DNA from: a virus
Reading direction: 5' to 3' (one strand)
IMG/VR virus record: IMGVR_UViG_3300035034_003774
Length of the DNA stretch: 64,000 nucleotides
Part shown: positions 45,776-54,037 of the stretch, one piece after another
How the letters are laid out: each line of letters opens with the position of its first letter
Position numbering within the stretch: the stretch's first letter is position 1
Program-made: the position numbers and the translations under genes
Notes under the pieces: generated by a model
Database searches by the model: none
Told to the model about the DNA's origin: nothing
Seen by the model: the letters and a program-made list of their open reading frames with translations, nothing else

Positions 45776-47242
45776 TTAGTTGGTGCTATCCATATCACCC
45801 TTCATAGAGTCTTCATCTGGTCCTCCGACCATTCCGTCTCCATACTCTTCTGAAGGAGCGATTGACTGCTCTGAAGATTTATTCATGTAATCATCTTCAC
45901 ATACTTCCAAATCTTCGTCAACATCTTCTTCCTCCCACAAATCTTCGTCAACATCTTCTTGCTCCGAAAGATCAAAACCAGTTGACTTCTTAACCTCTCC
46001 TTTCAGATTTCCATCCTTAAGGTAATGAGCATTTCTTATTGAGTCTATTGTTTTAAGCTCACTCTTTATCTCACTAATAATCCAATTAACATCGTATTCC
46101 TCGATACCAAGGGTATCAACCTTACGCATTATCTGTCTTACTGCGCTATATACATGCGAACCAGTTAGTTTAGAATTGTAAAATAAATCCACAATCTTAC
46201 TATTAGTAAACATCTCTGCAGATGGGTGATTTTTACCAAACTTAAAGTTATACTTAAGTGACTTCAAGATAATGTTTTTAATATTACCTTTTGTAATAGA
46301 ATCAAAGCTCATGATCTTATCAAAACGCCCTGGTCTCTGAGCTGCAAGGTCAAGCAATTGTATAGAGTTTGTTGTAGCAATAATTCCAACTCCATTAGAA
46401 ATCTTATCAGTACCATCAAGAGCGTCTAAGAATGTTCCAAGTGATCTTGATACTGCTCCCTTGTTTCTTGAACCTAATGATAAATCAATATCATCAAATA
46501 TAATCAAACACGGAGAAAGTAATTCAGCTAACTCAATCTTCTCCTTAAGAGCATCACAAACTACTGTCTTAATAATTGTAACTCCCTGCTTCTTAAGAAT
46601 GTTTGAAATTGCAAGAGTAGACTCTGTTTTACCTGTACCAGGAGTACCGCAGAAAAGGTATCTCATAATATCACCCTTCTTTTCATACAAACCTGTAAAT
46701 AACTGCAGGTCTTGCATGATAGTCTCTGGAAGGTAGATGTCTCCGTAATCTCTTCTCTCAAGCGCTCTAACATCCCAAGCTAACTCATTATAAGGCATTG
46801 TAAAATAAGAACCCTTAAGGTTAGACTGAGCAATTGCACTATAGATGATCTTCTTATAAAGAAACTCAGAGTTAACGTAAGTTGATTTATTTGAAGTAAA
46901 AGATACCTCACTAACCCATTTTCCATCAACCATATATCTTGATAAAACTACAAAAAGAGTAAACTCATCTTTATAGTCCAAAATAATCTTTACGTTGATG
47001 CTTCCACTTGCTCGCTCTGGAAGGTTCTCATCAAATACATTTCTTGAAGAAACGAAGCCTACAACATGCAGGCCTTGCTCTTTTTGTTTTTTCTTGTTGT
47101 CATTTAGAATGTTAAAGTAATCAAACAAGATTTTTAACATTGGGGTATTAATTTTCTGACCCATGCTAACTCTTGACATGTACTCATTCTTTTGCTCAAT
47201 AATCGCTTCTTTTTTGAGCTGATCAAAATTCATGTTTTCCAT
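45776..47242 (-). CDS. AAA+ ATPase with acidic C-terminal repeat tail
   Basis: Walker A GTPGTGKT, Walker B IIFDDID, second region of homology (PGRFD); C-terminal EDVDEDL repeats. Confidence 0.75.
   Translation of the reverse strand: MENMNFDQLKKEAIIEQKNEYMSRVSMGQKINTPMLKILFDYFNILNDNKKKQKEQGLHVVGFVSSRNVFDENLPERASGSINVKIILDYKDEFTLFVVLSRYMVDGKWVSEVSFTSNKSTYVNSEFLYKKIIYSAIAQSNLKGSYFTMPYNELAWDVRALERRDYGDIYLPETIMQDLQLFTGLYEKKGDIMRYLFCGTPGTGKTESTLAISNILKKQGVTIIKTVVCDALKEKIELAELLSPCLIIFDDIDLSLGSRNKGAVSRSLGTFLDALDGTDKISNGVGIIATTNSIQLLDLAAQRPGRFDKIMSFDSITKGNIKNIILKSLKYNFKFGKNHPSAEMFTNSKIVDLFYNSKLTGSHVYSAVRQIMRKVDTLGIEEYDVNWIISEIKSELKTIDSIRNAHYLKDGNLKGEVKKSTGFDLSEQEDVDEDLWEEEDVDEDLEVCEDDYMNKSSEQSIAPSEEYGDGMVGGPDEDSMKGDMDSTN
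45908..45960 (-). repeat. intragenic direct repeat (23-nt unit x2, period 30) encoding duplicated EEDVDEDL
   Basis: caaatcttcgtcaacatcttctt at 45908-45930 and 45938-45960. Confidence 0.6.
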
Positions 47243-47285
47243 TTTATCTTTTTTTGTTGTCTCCTAATTGTTAGAAATTCTAATT

Positions 47286-48065
47286 TTATAAAATCTCTGA
47301 TTTAAAATTGTCCATATCCAAGTTCATCCTGTAGGATTTTTTACCTCCATACCTGTTTTTGATGATCTTGAGTGTAAAATTACTTCTTTTTCTCCAGAAC
47401 AGCAAAGAATCTACAATCTTTTTCAAAAGTTTTTTCCAAAAACCTGGCTTAGGCTCTCTGTTAATGCTTATTACGCAATCACTTTGTTGAAGTATTTTTT
47501 TAGAATTTGATAAACTCTTTAACAAATCCTTAGACATAAACTCATCCATCAACTCATTTACCTCTTCTGGCTTTTGATGGGCAGTAAAAACTGGCATATT
47601 AATACACTTCATTAAAATTGACGTAACCCCCTTTGTTTGAGATATTAAACTAATTTTAGAAATAACCGAATCCTCACTTGAGATGTCTGAGCTATCATTA
47701 ACATATGGAAGGATGTCAAAGAATACATACTTCAAATCCATCTGACTCTTAACCTCATCAATACTTTTATTAACCACAGACATCCAATCTGAATCATTCG
47801 GTATTTGGTGTGCATCAATAATTCCAAGATTTCCCGTTATTGATTCTGGTTTCTCCTCGTTATTTAAAAACTCTTTAAAGAAATCATTTATCTTAACTGA
47901 GTCATGGTTAAAACTAAAATACAATACGTTTTCACCTTGCTTCATAAGATCAATGGCTTGAGAAACTGGGACCATTATACTTTCTTCCATCGGAAGAGAT
48001 AGTATTGTTACAACAGAATTCATACCCAACGTCTTTGATGTGTAAATTTTACTATAATCACTCAT
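47286..48065 (-). CDS. hypothetical protein
   Basis: 259-aa ORF between the AAA+ and kinase genes. Confidence 0.3.
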   Translation of the reverse strand: MSDYSKIYTSKTLGMNSVVTILSLPMEESIMVPVSQAIDLMKQGENVLYFSFNHDSVKINDFFKEFLNNEEKPESITGNLGIIDAHQIPNDSDWMSVVNKSIDEVKSQMDLKYVFFDILPYVNDSSDISSEDSVISKISLISQTKGVTSILMKCINMPVFTAHQKPEEVNELMDEFMSKDLLKSLSNSKKILQQSDCVISINREPKPGFWKKLLKKIVDSLLFWRKRSNFTLKIIKNRYGGKKSYRMNLDMDNFKSEIL

Positions 48066-48255
48066 GATCTAATTTTTCATTAACTAATTCAACTAACTCC
48101 TCAAGTATCTCAAGTTGAATATCTCTATCAACTTGATCGAATCCAGATAGACCTCTTCTACCATCCATGCTATTCAACATTGAAAATACTATGTCTTCAG
48201 ACTTTGTTAAGTCAATTTTTTCATCTGTATTTTCAAACTTTTCTAATAAATCCAT
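48058..48255 (-). CDS. hypothetical small acidic protein
   Basis: 65-aa ORF. Confidence 0.25.
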   Translation of the reverse strand: MDLLEKFENTDEKIDLTKSEDIVFSMLNSMDGRRGLSGFDQVDRDIQLEILEELVELVNEKLDHE

Positions 48256-48258
48256 TTT

Positions 48259-49971
48259 CTATTTTTTATTTAAAAGTGCAACTGTATTTCCTTCCCAGAC
48301 AATTATTCCAGAATTGGACTTATTTAAAACGCTCTGAGAAGTGATAATATCACAAGTCATCTCCCCAACCTTTTCAAAGTCCTGAGTTCTGTATAACTCA
48401 ATTCTATCATCCATTGGCATAAACAATATCCCATCCTTATCCTTTCTTCCAGAGCTATCAACATTAGGAATAAAAGCAAAGTGACTAATAATATCGAAGT
48501 CTCTCTGAGATACTTTTAACTTGAGGTTATCAATCTTAAACATCTTATATCTTAACTTCTTCTTTTCCTCATATTGAAGCATGCCTACATTTCCAACTTG
48601 CTGTATGCTATGTATATTTCCTATTGAGGATGATACAAGTGAAATATTCCTACCTGAATTATACATTATATTCTGCTTACCTCCAGAATTATGTATAAGA
48701 CCATTATGTGTATTAAACGCCTTTCCAAACACTCCGACCCTCTCTGTATGAACATTATCTGCACCAACCTGATCAATGTATACTTTATACATTACATCAT
48801 CACCGATAACAATTAATATGTTCTCCATTTGTATAGTCTGGCAATTGTGTGGAAACGTGAAGTTTGTTAGTTTCTGCGTCTTATTTTTGTTATAATGATA
48901 AAGTGAATCACCCTTCTTTAGTAATACATTTTCCTCACCAATATATGCCTCATCCCACCCACTCTTAGTAATTGAGTGTTTAAGATTTACGTATCCTTTG
49001 TTTTTAGAATTATAAATATGAAATTCTTTACCTGTCTCAACAATACCTTGATCATTTAAGAAAAAGACATTAACTATGTCAGAGTCTTGCGTGATCATAG
49101 AAATTATTAGATCATTTTGCTCATACTTCTTAACCATCTTAGGTTTATTAAGAGGGCTCGTAGCAATCACTGAATCATCAACCCCAGTGAGCGAAAGAAG
49201 AAATCTTTCTCCATTCAAATACATCTTTTTAAATTGGCTCATGAAGTTCTTGTCCTGTATTGGCTCATAACACTTAGGAATCTTTATATCTGAGCTATTA
49301 ACAAATACTGGTAGCTTATTAATCATTCTATCTCCAAGCTTCTTATAATCCTTATGCATTCCCTTGAAAGGGTGCAAGAAAGCAAGCATATTAAAAGATA
49401 ATATAGATAAGGCAAAAAAGTCACTATCCTCACTTACACGACCTTGATATAAATAATCTCTTACCTCTTCGAGCAATATATGAGAATGAGGAAATCCAGT
49501 AGTCTGATAAGAGTCTGTATCAATTAGCTTTATCACCCCTTGGTTGTTAACCAATATGTTAAATGGGTTAAAGTCTCCAATTACCACATTTTCTTTGTGA
49601 GCATATTTTACAGCAGCAATCAACTTCTCAATTACCTTCATTTTTACCTTCTTAGTAATTCCATTGTTCTTGCAGAACTTTTTATTATAAAAATTAGAAA
49701 GAGAGAAAAATGTTTGATCAATATACTTCATCGTATACCCAATAACAACTCCCTTATTGTCATAGATTAAATCAATTGGAGCAACGAAGTAATTAGGGTC
49801 CAATCTCTTTAGGAATTGAAACTTCTTCTGACTTATTGGTGTAATACCATCGTGGTAAATCTTGGCAACTGTATTTGAATCAATTTCATATACAACCCCT
49901 TCACCGCCCTGGTTAATTTCTTTTGAGGGGTCAATGTTTATTTTCCCCTTATTTGCTACTGCTGTTATCAT
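48259..49971 (-). CDS. protein kinase-like (Ser/Thr kinase fold) protein
   Basis: glycine-loop-like QGGEGVVYE, VAKIY lysine, catalytic-loop-like IGDFNPFNIL, DFG-equivalent IDTDS. Confidence 0.5.
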   Translation of the reverse strand: MITAVANKGKINIDPSKEINQGGEGVVYEIDSNTVAKIYHDGITPISQKKFQFLKRLDPNYFVAPIDLIYDNKGVVIGYTMKYIDQTFFSLSNFYNKKFCKNNGITKKVKMKVIEKLIAAVKYAHKENVVIGDFNPFNILVNNQGVIKLIDTDSYQTTGFPHSHILLEEVRDYLYQGRVSEDSDFFALSILSFNMLAFLHPFKGMHKDYKKLGDRMINKLPVFVNSSDIKIPKCYEPIQDKNFMSQFKKMYLNGERFLLSLTGVDDSVIATSPLNKPKMVKKYEQNDLIISMITQDSDIVNVFFLNDQGIVETGKEFHIYNSKNKGYVNLKHSITKSGWDEAYIGEENVLLKKGDSLYHYNKNKTQKLTNFTFPHNCQTIQMENILIVIGDDVMYKVYIDQVGADNVHTERVGVFGKAFNTHNGLIHNSGGKQNIMYNSGRNISLVSSSIGNIHSIQQVGNVGMLQYEEKKKLRYKMFKIDNLKLKVSQRDFDIISHFAFIPNVDSSGRKDKDGILFMPMDDRIELYRTQDFEKVGEMTCDIITSQSVLNKSNSGIIVWEGNTVALLNKK

Positions 49972-50803
49972 CTTCTTGTTCTTTTATGACGAGTCTGATC
50001 ATGCTTAGATCATCTTTATGCACTGATTTGTGAACCTTTCTTATAATGTTTAATTTCTTAGAAAGCATTATCTTATTGTTCAAGAACTTATCATCCTCAA
50101 ATAGATATTCAATTACATCTAAATCCCCCTCAATATTTGTAAAGGTAAGAACTCCGTCAGTAGATATTACAATATTCTTCGGGTCAGTAAACTTGCGCTT
50201 GCCAACGTATTTTGCATACCACATGTCAAAATAAGACTTGTCCAAATATATATCATCCAGTTCATATGCAATGTAGTCTGGCATATCTTGATACTTATCT
50301 GGGCTTATTGATTGAAACTTGTCATTCTCTATAACTTCAAGCTCCTTATCACAATAAATAAGGCCATCTCCAACATTTGTCACAATTGCTTCTCCATGAA
50401 CCTTGTCATACATTAATAACATAAAAGTAGATAGCATATCTCCAGTACTTAATCGTAAAATACCTTTTACATCTATCAACTTTTCGACAAACTTCTTCAT
50501 CAAGTCCTTCGCCTTCTCTTCAATCGTATTTCCGTAGATAGCACCCTCCTCTGTGATCTGCCTAAAAACCTTGCCCTGCAAAGAAGATGCAAAGTGAGAC
50601 TCTCTACCACCACTACATCCATCAAACACAACTCCAAGAAAGAATCTTCCGTGATCTACGGTAGTGGTAAAGTCTTCACAAAATACTGGATGGTCTTCAC
50701 CCTTTCTGATGACTGACCGAACTACTAACTCTCTTTTTGTTTGTTTCTCCATCTCCGTAGACGACCCACTGGAGTGATTCGACTTTTGTTTTGATAAGCT
50801 CAT
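49949..50803 (-). CDS. PP2C-family Ser/Thr phosphatase-like protein
   Basis: GVVFDGCSGG (cf. GVFDGHGG), TNVGDG (cf. NVGDSR), VISTDGV (cf. TDG). Confidence 0.5.
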   Translation of the reverse strand: MSLSKQKSNHSSGSSTEMEKQTKRELVVRSVIRKGEDHPVFCEDFTTTVDHGRFFLGVVFDGCSGGRESHFASSLQGKVFRQITEEGAIYGNTIEEKAKDLMKKFVEKLIDVKGILRLSTGDMLSTFMLLMYDKVHGEAIVTNVGDGLIYCDKELEVIENDKFQSISPDKYQDMPDYIAYELDDIYLDKSYFDMWYAKYVGKRKFTDPKNIVISTDGVLTFTNIEGDLDVIEYLFEDDKFLNNKIMLSKKLNIIRKVHKSVHKDDLSMIRLVIKEQEDDNSSSK

Positions 50804-50951
50804 ATTCTGATTGTATTTTTAGGAAGTCAAAAGGATATATTTCTCCTCCGTTCTGCTTTTCTTCTATTGCAGAAAAATAAGCATCCTCAGCCAACTCAAG
50901 CTCTGGCTTAAGTTCAGCTATTTTCTTAATTATTTCAGTTCTACTTTTCAT
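50697..50951 (-). CDS. hypothetical small protein (overlaps PP2C start region)
   Basis: 84-aa ORF. Confidence 0.25.
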   Translation of the reverse strand: MKSRTEIIKKIAELKPELELAEDAYFSAIEEKQNGGEIYPFDFLKIQSEYELIKTKVESLQWVVYGDGETNKKRVSSSVSHQKG

Positions 50952-51205
50952 TTCTTTGGCCTAAGTCTCTTTTTATCTGGAAAGACTCTCTCTATAAAGT
51001 CATACCTATTCATTAAATCAAGAGCCTCTTCATCCGTCTTATACCACTTATAATCTTTTATAAACCCTCCATAAGATTTGACTATAGTGCCTAAATATTT
51101 TTTCTTACCCATAACAAACCTCATAAAAAGTGGATATAAAAATCTACTTAATATATAAAGTCCGCAGAGGAACAAAAAAAGCAATAAGACTAATTTAGTT
51201 ATCAT
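50948..51205 (-). CDS. small membrane protein
   Basis: N-terminal TM helix, basic C-terminus. Confidence 0.3.
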   Translation of the reverse strand: MITKLVLLLFLFLCGLYILSRFLYPLFMRFVMGKKKYLGTIVKSYGGFIKDYKWYKTDEEALDLMNRYDFIERVFPDKKRLRPKK

Positions 51206-51213
51206 AATATTAT

Positions 51214-51239
51214 AAAAAAGGGAGCCACGAAGGACTCCC
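51214..51239 (-). terminator. rho-independent terminator after vWA gene
   Basis: GGGAG-TCCTTCGTGG-CTCCC then TTTTTT on minus strand. Confidence 0.5.
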
Positions 51240-51269
51240 TTTCACCTTCTAATATATTAATATCAACTC

Positions 51270-51980
51270 TTAGAAATTAACAGTAGATATTGCATTACCT
51301 CCAGCACTTGCAGAAGAGACAGAGCTTGAAATGAAATTAATCATTTTCTTGATGTCGTCTGCAGAGTCAGAAATAGTAGCAACGTTTTTGATACCCATAT
51401 CATCAGCTGCTTGTCTAAAAGTATCTTCCATTCCTTGCTGACCTCCAATACCAAATAAAATTGATTCGAATGAAGCAAAGTTTCTTTCTTCAGAAAGAAG
51501 ATCAGTAATGATGTCCTTAACATCACTTGCGCTCCCTGGCTGATTGTTTTCACCATCTGTGATCACAAAAAGAAGAGTCTTACAGTTTACACCCGCATTT
51601 TCAAGACCCTCTCTATAATCAAGAGCATTTTTAAGAGCAACCTTAGTTCCTTCATACAAAGAAGTAAGCCCTCCTATTGAGTTAGTGAAATCAACTGGAG
51701 CCAATTGATTAATTGGTTGAAACCCTGTTTTCACATTAACTTTTGTTTCAAACTCTACGATTGAAACGAATAGCTTTTCAGCAACATGTGAGTTCTGCAT
51801 TCTTTGAGTAAACTCATTGATGCCTTTGTTTAGTTCATCAACGTATGAGCCAACAGACCCAGATACGTCAACAGCGAATACAGCGTTAATCGTATCTTCA
51901 ACTTCTACGTCATCTGGGTTAAAGTTCCCAAAATTGTAATCAAAATCAACGTTGTTTTCACTTTTTTCTGATGTTTCCAT
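51270..51980 (-). CDS. von Willebrand factor A (vWA, TerY-like) domain protein
   Basis: MIDAS motif AVDVSGSVGS (DxSxS) ... T ... ITDGENN. Confidence 0.6.
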   Translation of the reverse strand: METSEKSENNVDFDYNFGNFNPDDVEVEDTINAVFAVDVSGSVGSYVDELNKGINEFTQRMQNSHVAEKLFVSIVEFETKVNVKTGFQPINQLAPVDFTNSIGGLTSLYEGTKVALKNALDYREGLENAGVNCKTLLFVITDGENNQPGSASDVKDIITDLLSEERNFASFESILFGIGGQQGMEDTFRQAADDMGIKNVATISDSADDIKKMINFISSSVSSASAGGNAISTVNF

Positions 51981-52001
51981 TATTTTATGTTTTTATTATT
52001 T

Positions 52002-52030
52002 AAAAAAACTGAGAGGACTAAGCCTCTCAG
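52002..52030 (-). terminator. rho-independent terminator after pncA-like gene
   Basis: CTGAGAGG-CTTAGT-CCTCTCAG then TTTTTTT on minus strand. Confidence 0.65.
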
Positions 52031-52038
52031 TAAGTTGT

Positions 52039-52887
52039 TTATACTGCAGTAGTAGCTCCAGATCGTGAATTAATATTCTCAGCAGTTGTTGTTGAGAACT
52101 TTACTCCAAGATTTTTAGCCTCATCATAAATGGGTTGAGCTAATTCTCCAAAAGTAGGAGTTGTGCCTGGTCCATTTGGTCCGCCTGGTACGTCTGACAT
52201 ACAGTCCTCAAGAATTATAAACTTTTTAGCAAGAGTAGGAGCTTTTCTTACTACCTGCTTAAGCGTATTGGCAACACAGTGCGACTTAGCTTGGCCTGCA
52301 AGGTAAACTGTATCATACTTCTCAAGAATCTGCTGAAGCTTGAGGTTGTACTGAGTCTCTGGTATGTTTTGAATTGGTACCTGAGCTTCAAATGCACCGA
52401 AATGCTCTGTATCTGGATGCACTCCCTTTGCTACAAAGTGAACTGACTTTCCACGACCTCTCTGCCAATTTGTAATGGCACCATCAATTTTTTCATCAAG
52501 AGAATGACCCCATGAACCAATTCTACAGTGCTCTGGCCATATTACGTGAACATACTCACCTTCATCTTCAAGACTTTGTATGTAATCCATAGCATGCTGA
52601 GGTTTAACAGCATTCCACTTACCATCTTTAATATCCTGAAGTGAAATTGAAGTGAATGGCGCTGGATGATTACCATCCTTATCTTTCCAGTAACCTGGAT
52701 GAGCGATGTCATTTACTTGGTGAGAGTCAAGAGTACATCCAATGTATTCTATCTCATCACTATTATTCAAAATCCATTGAGACAATCTTTCGTTGTCATC
52801 TTCGGCTCCAGGTACATATAGCGACCCCTGAGGGTGGCAAAAGTCACGCTGAGCGTCAATTATTAAAATTGCTACTTTCTTTTTCAT
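52039..52887 (-). CDS. pncA: nicotinamidase/pyrazinamidase (isochorismatase-family cysteine hydrolase) with insertions
   Basis: IIDAQRDFC, WPEHC, K, SHCV (catalytic Cys) in PncA order. Confidence 0.6.
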   Translation of the reverse strand: MKKKVAILIIDAQRDFCHPQGSLYVPGAEDDNERLSQWILNNSDEIEYIGCTLDSHQVNDIAHPGYWKDKDGNHPAPFTSISLQDIKDGKWNAVKPQHAMDYIQSLEDEGEYVHVIWPEHCRIGSWGHSLDEKIDGAITNWQRGRGKSVHFVAKGVHPDTEHFGAFEAQVPIQNIPETQYNLKLQQILEKYDTVYLAGQAKSHCVANTLKQVVRKAPTLAKKFIILEDCMSDVPGGPNGPGTTPTFGELAQPIYDEAKNLGVKFSTTTAENINSRSGATTAV

Positions 52888-52902
52888 AACTTATTTATTT
52901 AT

Positions 52903-52911
52903 ATTGCGAAT
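52903..52911 (-). promoter_or_regulatory. ATTCGCAAT upstream element before pncA-like gene
   Basis: minus strand ATTCGCAATATAAATAAATAAGTT-ATG; same nonamer at 12459-12467 and 5153-5161. Confidence 0.3.
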
Positions 52912-52919
52912 TTATTTAC

Positions 52920-54017
52920 TTATTTTTCTTTTTCCAAATCTTTAGCCCTTAATTTTTTAAGTTTATTTAAAAGTTCCTTTTCTTCATCACTATAAGATTC
53001 TGGAATATCTATCTCAAGTTTTATGATAAAATTACCAAAAGAGCCTTCTGGGCATGATGAATGGTTAAAGTCATTTGGAAGGTTCAACATAGGCATTCCA
53101 TGTCCTTTCATTCTAAATACCTTTCCATTCTGAGAGCCTGGAGATACTTTTATCTTTGTGCTTTTCCCATGTATTGTAGGAATAGTTATCTCAGTTCCTA
53201 GAGCAAGGTCTTCATAGCTTACTTTTTGTCTATAAGATATATCCATGCCATGTCTTTCAAACTTCTTGTGATCAACCTCACTTATAACAAAGTGAACATG
53301 ACCTCTTGGGGCTCCCATCTCTCTTGAATAATGACCTTTGTGATGAACCGATACGTGCTGACCACCTTGAACTCCTCTTGGGAATGTTATGTGCGCAGTT
53401 TCGCTTTCTCTATTCAGACCTCCATTGCAATTTGAGCAAGCCTCGTCAATAATAATTCCTTTACCGCTACATGCACCACACTTCACTGTTTCTTGCATAT
53501 TAAATGCTCCAACCTGTCTAACTGCTATTCTTTCACCAGCACCTCCGCAGGTACTACAAGTATGATATGAATTTCCATCCTTAGCTCCAGTACCATTACA
53601 GCTTGCACAAGTTTTTTCTACAGAAAACTTAACATCCTTCTCACAACCATTATACATTTCCTCAAGAGTAAGAGATATTATAACCTTCATATCTCTTCCT
53701 TGAGCTCTATGCCTTCTTTGGCTACCCCCACGGCCATTCATCATGTCCTTCATGATGTCCTCCATGCTTCTTCCTCCAGTCATATGACTAGCCCTTTCCC
53801 AGTCATGGCCATACTGATCATATGCTTCTCTCTTTTTAGGGTTTCCAAGCACATCATAAGCTTCATTTATCTTCTTAAACTTTTCTTCAGCATTTTCATC
53901 ATCAGGGTTTTTATCTGGATGGTATTTGACTGCAAGTTTTCTGTAAGCTTTCTTTATACTCTTATCAGTAGCACCTCTGTTAACTTCTAATATTTTGTAA
54001 TAATCTTCTTTCATCAA
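52920..54017 (-). CDS. dnaJ: DnaJ (Hsp40) chaperone
   Basis: J domain DYYKILEV...[13 protein letters not shown], four CxxCxGxG zinc-finger repeats, C-terminal substrate-binding domain. Confidence 0.85.
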   Translation of the reverse strand: MMKEDYYKILEVNRGATDKSIKKAYRKLAVKYHPDKNPDDENAEEKFKKINEAYDVLGNPKKREAYDQYGHDWERASHMTGGRSMEDIMKDMMNGRGGSQRRHRAQGRDMKVIISLTLEEMYNGCEKDVKFSVEKTCASCNGTGAKDGNSYHTCSTCGGAGERIAVRQVGAFNMQETVKCGACSGKGIIIDEACSNCNGGLNRESETAHITFPRGVQGGQHVSVHHKGHYSREMGAPRGHVHFVISEVDHKKFERHGMDISYRQKVSYEDLALGTEITIPTIHGKSTKIKVSPGSQNGKVFRMKGHGMPMLNLPNDFNHSSCPEGSFGNFIIKLEIDIPESYSDEEKELLNKLKKLRAKDLEKEK

Positions 54018-54037
54018 TCTAAAAACTTAAATTTTAA

